A DNA stretch of 64,000 nt, from the IMG/VR virus record IMGVR_UViG_3300021963_000038, positions 71,901 to 135,900 of that record, one strand, 5' to 3'. The position numbers and the translations under genes were made by a program. A model generated the notes under the pieces. That model was given only the letters and a program-made list of their open reading frames with translations, was not told where the DNA came from and searched no databases. The DNA comes from a virus. The first letter of the stretch is position 1, and the number at the start of each line of letters is the position of its first letter. Shown here in pieces: positions 58,530 to 64,000 of this stretch.

Positions 58530-58742
58530 ATGACCAATTCTAAACAATCGACAGCAATTCGGCGTACCATGCGTGAACGGTACAATATGCGAGGTGCTGA
58601 AATTACCAGAGAAAATTCTGAGCAAGAATTTCGTGAATTAGAATTATCGTTGAAATATCAACCTGATTTAGAATTGAAAGCAATGCTGGGTTGTACCTTA
58701 GAAGATTTTGACATTGAAGTGCAAGACGCTGAGTGTTATTAG
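58530..58742 (+). CDS. hypothetical protein
   Basis: ORF. Confidence 0.45.
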   Translation: MTNSKQSTAIRRTMRERYNMRGAEITRENSEQEFRELELSLKYQPDLELKAMLGCTLEDFDIEVQDAECY

Positions 58743-58761
58743 AAATATATAAGGAAGTAAA

Positions 58762-59037
58762 ATGAAAGTTGTGATTAATGATTGTCATGGTGGTTTCGGT
58801 TTATCTGAGGCTGCATTGAAAGAATACAAAGACCGTAAAGGCATTACGGATAAAAATTTTTGGTACTATGACATTCCTCGGGATTGTCCAGTGTTGGTTG
58901 AAATAGTAGAACGTGGTGCTGCTGATGGTGCCTATGCTGATTTAAAAGTTGTGGAAATACCCGATGATGTGAATTGGTACATTGAAGAATATGATGGTTT
59001 AGAACACGTTGCTGAAAGGCACAGGACTTGGAGTTGA
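58762..59037 (+). CDS. conserved phage hypothetical protein
   Basis: KVVINDCHGGFGLS..EYDGLE. Confidence 0.65.
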   Translation: MKVVINDCHGGFGLSEAALKEYKDRKGITDKNFWYYDIPRDCPVLVEIVERGAADGAYADLKVVEIPDDVNWYIEEYDGLEHVAERHRTWS

Positions 59038-59038
59038 T

Positions 59039-59224
59039 ATGAGTTGGAATTATTATATGGTTGAGTTTTTTTGGGAAACAAACACAGCTTCATATGAAGA
59101 AGTGGGTGCTATATCTGCTCAAGAAGCGGTAAATTCAATAAAATTGGGCTGGCCGAAGTGTCAAGTTCAAAATGTTTGGGTTGCAGTTGGTGAAAATGAT
59201 ACTTGGAAAGATGAATATGAATAA
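59039..59224 (+). CDS. hypothetical protein
   Basis: ORF. Confidence 0.45.
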   Translation: MSWNYYMVEFFWETNTASYEEVGAISAQEAVNSIKLGWPKCQVQNVWVAVGENDTWKDEYE

Positions 59225-59393
59225 AATTAATGAAATTTCTGAAAAAATGCGTGAATTTGTGATTATTAATCACTTGCAAATCTCTTGGGCTCTAGTGGGA
59301 ATGTTCGTTTTCGCTTCGGCACACTCACTTTTAGCAGGAAATTTTGTAAACGCTGCACTTTTTCTGCTTGCTGCAATGTTGGCTGTCTTTTGA
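59217..59393 (+). CDS. small membrane protein
   Basis: two hydrophobic segments. Confidence 0.45.
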   Translation: MNKINEISEKMREFVIINHLQISWALVGMFVFASAHSLLAGNFVNAALFLLAAMLAVF

Positions 59394-59717
59394 ATAACAA
59401 TTTTTTCAAAATTTTGCTAATTTTTTCGTTGTGCATGATATTAATTATCATGTCCGACTTGTTTTTTTCGAATTCCGTTGGCCATAAAATGGCAAAAGAG
59501 CTCGGATGCGATTATTTGGGTAGCATCAAGGGTCAAGATGAGCTCGGTTGGTTCAAATGTCGTGATAAAATTGAATTGATAAGGTTAAAATGACGCTTAC
59601 TACGCTTATGATGATTGCTATACTAGAAGCAGTTGGTTATTTTTTGTTGGGATTTTTGTTAATTGCGTTTATCATTAATCTTTGTGAAGATTTTTTTAAT
59701 CAATAACTAGGATTTTA

Positions 59718-60095
59718 ATGGAAAGCTCAAAATATGATGGATTTTATTTCTTGCCTCTTGATGATGATGAAGAAGGCATGAGATTTTCCTATTTCACATT
59801 GTCAGATGAAGCACAAGGCACAGCAATTGATGGAAATTCTATCGGTGATATGTATCACGTTGTAATGTTTAAAGCTGGCGAAGATGGTTTGCCGGTTTTT
59901 GATGATTTCTTTGACGCTATTTTGGGTGACCCCACGAAATATGTTGAAAATCTGATTGGTACCGAAATTTATGGATGTGTGTTGCGAAAAACAGACAAAT
60001 CGGGTAAATGGATTGAAGATTACCTCACAAGGGTACTAGGTTCTGTTATAATTAAGAAATTAAAGGGTTATGCAAGCAGCATAGCTGAAGGTTAA
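59718..60095 (+). CDS. hypothetical protein
   Basis: ORF with SD. Confidence 0.55.
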   Translation: MESSKYDGFYFLPLDDDEEGMRFSYFTLSDEAQGTAIDGNSIGDMYHVVMFKAGEDGLPVFDDFFDAILGDPTKYVENLIGTEIYGCVLRKTDKSGKWIEDYLTRVLGSVIIKKLKGYASSIAEG

Positions 60096-60117
60096 CAAGA
60101 AAGGTGAATGTTTGATT

Positions 60118-60432
60118 ATGGATAATTCAAAAAAACTGTTTTTTAAAAATGAAAAAGAAAAAAATTGGTTGCGGCATTTGTTGAAAGATGAAATTGTAAC
60201 GCTTACATTCACCAAAAAAGATGGAAGTGAGCGGATTATGAAATGTACGCTAAATGAACAGCATACTCCCAAAATTGAAGAAGGTGTTGTAACAAATCGT
60301 AAAAAATCAGATGATGCACAAGCTGTCTTTGACATTGAAGCGAATGGTTGGCGTAGTTTTCGCTGGGACTCAATTCAAAAAATTGAATTTAGTTTAGGTT
60401 CAAAATGGGCTGAAACTAGTTTAGAGGGTTAA
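60118..60432 (+). CDS. SH3/WYL-like beta-barrel protein
   Basis: FTKKDGSERIMKCTL..WRSFRWDSI. Confidence 0.7.
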   Translation: MDNSKKLFFKNEKEKNWLRHLLKDEIVTLTFTKKDGSERIMKCTLNEQHTPKIEEGVVTNRKKSDDAQAVFDIEANGWRSFRWDSIQKIEFSLGSKWAETSLEG

Positions 60433-60437
60433 TTATC

Positions 60438-60824
60438 ATGGCACAATGGAAAGTTACTCCAACTTGGAAAAAATCTATCATTGAACGACAAACGTGGTCA
60501 AAACCTGGTGTTGCGGGTTATATTACAAATGCAACCGGTTGGCGATGGGGTGAATTTGTTGTAACCACAGAAGATGATGAACCGCCTGAGTTGGAATCTG
60601 GTGTAGATATCTATTCTTGTGGTTATGATTCTGAAATGATTGAATTGAATGATGCTTGTTGGGAAGAAACCGACATTGACCTTGCTGATGAAGCAGAAGT
60701 TGAAAAAATTCAAGAGTTTCTTGATGAGAATTCAATTCTCGACCTAGAAGAAGAAGGTTGGTCTATGGATGATTGTGAGATGATTATCGATTGTGATATG
60801 GAAATTGAAAGGATTGATGAATGA
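60438..60824 (+). CDS. acidic hypothetical protein
   Basis: GWRWGEF. Confidence 0.55.
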   Translation: MAQWKVTPTWKKSIIERQTWSKPGVAGYITNATGWRWGEFVVTTEDDEPPELESGVDIYSCGYDSEMIELNDACWEETDIDLADEAEVEKIQEFLDENSILDLEEEGWSMDDCEMIIDCDMEIERIDE

Positions 60825-61111
60825 AGTATATTGTTGAAACTTTAAACGCTTTTCGTCATGTACATATTATAGAAGCGGAGAATGAACAAGAAGCATTAAA
60901 CATTGCTTCTGTTGCTGATGATAATTGGCAGGAGTTTCTTGGTCAAATGAAAATTGATTGTCAAGAATATACCGAAGAACACATTAATATATTCCGTAAA
61001 AAAGAATATTTTTGGAATGGAGTTTGTACAAGAGATGAAGATGGTTATGTTGCTTATATTCACCCATCAGGTGAGAAAGTAGAAGCAAAACAAACTAGAA
61101 TTCCTGGATGA
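60821..61111 (+). CDS. hypothetical protein
   Basis: ORF. Confidence 0.55.
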   Translation: MKYIVETLNAFRHVHIIEAENEQEALNIASVADDNWQEFLGQMKIDCQEYTEEHINIFRKKEYFWNGVCTRDEDGYVAYIHPSGEKVEAKQTRIPG

Positions 61112-61129
61112 TTTTGGATATATAATAGG

Positions 61130-61210
61130 ATGACAACAAGAAAAATGCACTCCGCCTTTATTGAGTATTCACGCCCAACATTAGATTGGAATGGCGGTGT
61201 TCGTGTGTAG
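61130..61210 (+). CDS. putative attenuator leader peptide MTTRKMHSAFIEYSRPTLDWNGGVRV
   Basis: 26-codon ORF whose last codons form the 5' arm of an antiterminator. Confidence 0.6.
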   Translation: MTTRKMHSAFIEYSRPTLDWNGGVRV

Positions 61211-61237
61211 AATTTAGAAATTATTTTCCCACACACG

Positions 61238-61270
61238 AACCCTAGACCTAAAAAATCTAGGGTTTTTTGT
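61238..61270 (+). terminator. Rho-independent terminator (attenuator)
   Basis: aaccctaga-N9-tctagggtt followed by a T-run. Confidence 0.85.
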
Positions 61271-61275
61271 TTTTG

Positions 61276-61352
61276 GCCTCGGTGACGGAATTGGTATACG
61301 TGCTGGTCTTAGAAACCAGATTCTAGGAGTTCGAGTCTCCTCTGAGGCACCA
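61276..61352 (+). tRNA. tRNA-Leu(TAG), short variable loop
   Basis: cloverleaf, ctggt-ctTAGaa-accag, encoded CCA. Confidence 0.88.
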
Positions 61353-61354
61353 AT

Positions 61355-61431
61355 GCGGATGTGATGGAATTGGTATACATATCAGACTTAAAATCTGAGT
61401 TCTGAGGGTTCGAGTCCCTCCATCCGTACCA
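61355..61431 (+). tRNA. tRNA-Leu(TAA), short variable loop
   Basis: tcaga-ctTAAaa-tctga, encoded CCA. Confidence 0.88.
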
Positions 61432-61462
61432 AGATTGATGTTGTATTTTTACAACGGGCTGG

Positions 61463-61532
61463 TTGACAAATTAACTGGTTCATGTATAATACGTTTCATC
61501 GGTTGAGAAATCAATCGATACGCTCTTTAAAA
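61463..61532 (+). promoter_or_regulatory. rrn-like promoter with boxB hairpin and boxA
   Basis: TTGACA-N16-TATAAT; atcggttga-GAAA-tcaatcgat; GCTCTTTAAAA. Confidence 0.7.
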
Positions 61533-61547
61533 ATTTGATGAAGAAAT

Positions 61548-61623
61548 GCACCTATCGTCTAACGGTTAGGACGATGCCCTTTCAAGGCATAAACGGCGGG
61601 TTCGATTCCCCCTAGGTGTACCA
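61548..61623 (+). tRNA. tRNA-Glu(TTC)
   Basis: atgcc-ctTTCaa-ggcat, encoded CCA. Confidence 0.9.
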
Positions 61624-61772
61624 TTTGTTTAGTGTTATCAAGGTATCGTCATAGGACGCTATGACTATGCGGGTGCAACCGTGCGAGGAACGCATCCTGA
61701 TATAACTGCTATTCGCTTGTCAGTGCTAGCTACATTGTTGACAAATAGGCAGATAACACTAAACAAATGGTA
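61619..61772 (+). ncRNA. candidate structured RNA closed by a perfect 21-bp stem
   Basis: 61619-61639 is complementary to 61752-61772. Confidence 0.5.
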
Positions 61773-61776
61773 GTTT

Positions 61777-61850
61777 GGAGGCATAACTTAGTGGTAAAGT
61801 AGTAGGCTTTTAACCTATTAACCAGAGTTCGATTCTCTGTGCCTCTACCA
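61777..61850 (+). tRNA. tRNA-Lys(TTT)
   Basis: gtagg-ctTTTaa-cctat, encoded CCA. Confidence 0.88.
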
Positions 61851-61938
61851 TAGATAAACACATTTCAGCGGGATAGACCGTGATGGATAGTTTCTGTTTA
61901 GTACAGTATCCGAAGTGTGTTTTTCTCTGTTAGAATTT

Positions 61939-62023
61939 GGAGACACGGCAAAGTGGGAGAGTTGCGGCAGACTGTAAATCTGTTCCTTCGGGTGAGTAGG
62001 TTCGAATCTTACTGTCTCCACCA
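61939..62023 (+). tRNA. tRNA-Tyr(GTA)
   Basis: gcaga-ctGTAaa-tctgt, long variable arm, encoded CCA. Confidence 0.88.
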
Positions 62024-62219
62024 AATCCCGTTACTACTTCCGTTAAAGTAGCGTTTGATTAGCGATAGAGATCCGGTGGCAGAAAACCGTTAGCGAGAGA
62101 AATCTCAGGCTCTGATAGGCAGAATCCTAACTGCACACAGACACCTAGAATAAAATGGATGGACAGAGTAACTGCTCAATTAAGGGCTTGTGTGGAAACA
62201 AGTAGCTTATCCTATTTTA

Positions 62220-62294
62220 GGTGCGTTCATATAATGGTCATTATCTCGGATTGTCTATCCGAAGATGGGAGTTCGATTCTCCCACGCATCGCCA
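62220..62294 (+). tRNA. tRNA-Asp(GTC)
   Basis: tcgga-ttGTCta-tccga, G73, encoded CCA. Confidence 0.88.
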
Positions 62295-62378
62295 GTTTTG
62301 TGGTAAGGAAAGTAAAAGGAGAATGGGCAAGTCATAGGACGCTATGAACAGATACCTCACCTGCCACAAATTCATTAT

Positions 62379-62453
62379 TCCACAGTAGCACAGCGGTAGT
62401 GCAGTTGACTGTTAATCAATTGGTCGTTGGTTCGATCCCAGCCTGTGGAGCCA
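62379..62453 (+). tRNA. tRNA-Asn(GTT)
   Basis: gttga-ctGTTaa-tcaat, encoded CCA. Confidence 0.92.
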
Positions 62454-62506
62454 ATACTCGCCTTTATTGACGGCGTAGAGAAGGATAAATTGTCAATAAA
62501 AATTTC

Positions 62507-62581
62507 GGATTCTTAGCTCAGCGGTAGAGCAACGCTTTTACACGGCGAAGGTCAAAGGTTCAATCCCTTTAGAATCCACCA
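62507..62581 (+). tRNA. tRNA-Val(TAC)
   Basis: cgct-ttTACac-ggcg, encoded CCA. Confidence 0.85.
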
Positions 62582-62585
62582 ATAG

Positions 62586-62677
62586 GGAAGATGATGCAGC
62601 TGGGATGGTCCGGCGACTGGCCTTGAAAACCAGGTTCCGAGAAATCGGATGGGGTTCGACTCCTCCGTCTTCCGCCA
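62586..62677 (+). tRNA. tRNA-Ser(TGA) with 8/4 acceptor/T-stem fold
   Basis: ggaagatg/cgtcttcc 8-bp acceptor, 4-bp T stem, long variable arm, G73. Confidence 0.8.
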
Positions 62678-62683
62678 AATTAT

Positions 62684-62771
62684 GGAGAGTTGGGTGAGTG
62701 GTTAAACCAGCGGTTTGCTAAACCGTCATCCAGAAATGGGTGCATCAGTTCGAATCTGATACTCTCCGCCA
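62684..62771 (+). tRNA. tRNA-Ser(GCT)
   Basis: gcggt-ttGCTaa-accgt, long variable arm, encoded CCA. Confidence 0.9.
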
Positions 62772-62995
62772 AGTCCAGTCGAGGTAACGCTTGACTACTA
62801 TGACCCGTAGGAAGTGAAGTGAGTTCGTTACTCAAGGGTGGTTCCAGTCATACCAAACTGGCGCTGGCAATGCGAGAATCCTCTCTGGTCGGGAAGTGGG
62901 TGGAGGTCGTGCGTGATGAAAGACTAATTGGTGAGTGCAAACTTGCTGACCAAATTTCTGATGCGATATAATTACCACCGCAGAGAGGAAGCAAT
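62772..62995 (+). ncRNA. candidate structured ncRNA
   Basis: GC-rich inter-tRNA segment; tcctctctg/cagagagga and ggtgg/ccacc helices. Confidence 0.45.
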
Positions 62996-62999
62996 TAAT

Positions 63000-63074
63000 G
63001 CCGAGGTAGCTCAGAGGAAGAGCAATGTGTTGATAACGCATAGGTCGAGATTTCGAAATTCTCTCTCGGTACCA
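63000..63074 (+). tRNA. tRNA-Ile(GAT)
   Basis: atgtg-ttGATaa-cgcat, encoded CCA. Confidence 0.85.
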
Positions 63075-63081
63075 GTTTTAT

Positions 63082-63157
63082 ATCTCGATGGTGTTTAACG
63101 GCAGCATGACGGTCTCCAAAACCGTGGGTGGGGGTTCGAATCCCTCTCGGGATGCCA
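63082..63157 (+). tRNA. tRNA-Trp(CCA)
   Basis: acggt-ctCCAaa-accgt, encoded CCA. Confidence 0.9.
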
Positions 63158-63181
63158 ATTTTAATTTTAAAAAGGAAGCAT

Positions 63182-63751
63182 ATGCCTAGTGTATTTTTGA
63201 CAAGCGACACACACTTTGGTCATCTAGGTGTGTGCCATTTCGTAGATGATGATGGTAAAAAAATAAGACCATGGAATACTCCAGAAGAAATGGATGAAGA
63301 AATGGTCAAGCGTTGGAACGAAACAGTAAAACCAACTGATAAAGTATATCATCTTGGTGATGTTGTGATTAACCGCAAAGCACTTAGCATTATGCATAGA
63401 CTGAACGGTGATAAAGTTTTGATTCGTGGTAACCATGATATATTCAAAGATGAAGATTATAGGGAACATTTTCGTGAGCTTCGTGCATATCACATTATGA
63501 ACGGAATGATTTTGTCCCATATTCCAATTCATACAGAAAGTCTTGGTAGATTTGGTGTTAACATTCACGGTCATACTCACCAAAGGCGAGTGATGACAGG
63601 AATTAAAAATTCACAAATTGATGTAAGATATCATTGTGTTTGTGTTGAACAAACAGATTTTAGACCAATTCTTTTTGAAGAAGTTATCAAACGAATTAAA
63701 GAAGAAGGTGGTGTGATTGGTTTCAAAAACGGAAATGGACCAATATCATAA
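63182..63751 (+). CDS. calcineurin-like phosphoesterase inside the tRNA array
   Basis: SDTHFGH, HLGD, GNHD, HGHTH. Confidence 0.85.
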   Translation: MPSVFLTSDTHFGHLGVCHFVDDDGKKIRPWNTPEEMDEEMVKRWNETVKPTDKVYHLGDVVINRKALSIMHRLNGDKVLIRGNHDIFKDEDYREHFRELRAYHIMNGMILSHIPIHTESLGRFGVNIHGHTHQRRVMTGIKNSQIDVRYHCVCVEQTDFRPILFEEVIKRIKEEGGVIGFKNGNGPIS

Positions 63752-63760
63752 AAGAAATAC

Positions 63761-63837
63761 CCGTGTGTAGCGCAGTCTGGTAGCGCTCCTGGTTTGGGAC
63801 CAGGCGGTCGGAGGTTCGAATCCTTTCACACGGACCA
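63761..63837 (+). tRNA. tRNA-Pro(TGG)
   Basis: cctgg-ttTGGga-ccagg, encoded CCA. Confidence 0.92.
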
Positions 63838-63840
63838 ATT

Positions 63841-63915
63841 GGGGAATTGGCGTAATTGGGAACGCAGTAGCTTTGCAAGCTTCAGTCAGGAGTTCGAATC
63901 TCCTATTCTCCACCA
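63841..63915 (+). tRNA. tRNA-Ala(TGC)
   Basis: G3:U70, ttTGCaa loop, encoded CCA. Confidence 0.88.
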
Positions 63916-63920
63916 AGTAT

Positions 63921-63997
63921 CGGTCGTTAGCTCAATTGAATAGAGCGTAGGGCTACGGACCCTGAGGTTGAGAGTTTGAATCTTTCACGACCGGCCA
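63921..63997 (+). tRNA. tRNA-Arg(ACG)
   Basis: taggg-ctACGga-ccctg, encoded CCA. Confidence 0.88.
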
Positions 63998-64000
63998 ATT

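Noticed and set aside
62586-62677. tRNA-Sec or opal suppressor
   Set aside because: The anticodon reads TGA (decodes UCA, Ser), not TCA; no sel genes were seen.
63128-63181. N-terminal extension of the phosphoesterase in the ORF track
   Set aside because: It overlaps tRNA-Trp; the ATG at 63182 has a good SD (AAGGA).
1-64000. Minus-strand ORFs and short alternate-frame ORFs in the track
   Set aside because: They lie within well-supported + strand genes or tRNAs, lack recognisable motifs and look like shadow ORFs.
1-64000. Stop-codon reassignment
   Set aside because: Core genes are full length under the standard code, and TAA, TGA and TAG all terminate ORFs.

Overview
This is a 64-kb segment of a large, AT-rich, T4-like (myovirus) phage genome. 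All credible genes are on the + strand and use the standard code. A betaproteobacterial host is inferred from phasin-like, DUF3563-like, ErpA and desaturase genes. Order along the window: nucleotide/redox accessory genes; replication core (gp43, UvsX, gp40, gp41); a ~10.5-kb sugar/cyclitol island with an EEVS-type sedoheptulose-7-phosphate cyclase, kinase, nucleotidyltransferase, SDR and RfbH; putative head-packaged proteins with T4-like capsid-targeting N-termini; a lysis cassette; primase, ThyX and NrdAB; lipid/phosphate auxiliary genes; an early region of small ORFs with repeated sigma70 promoters; and a 15-tRNA array with intervening structured RNAs. Two candidates stand out as possible new systems. 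(1) A leader-peptide attenuator directly upstream of the tRNA array, whose 26 codons use 18 of the 20 amino acids, possibly a general sensor of tRNA depletion. (2) A phage C7-cyclitol (pseudo-sugar) biosynthetic cluster. All protein family calls come from motif recognition by eye; no database searches were run.
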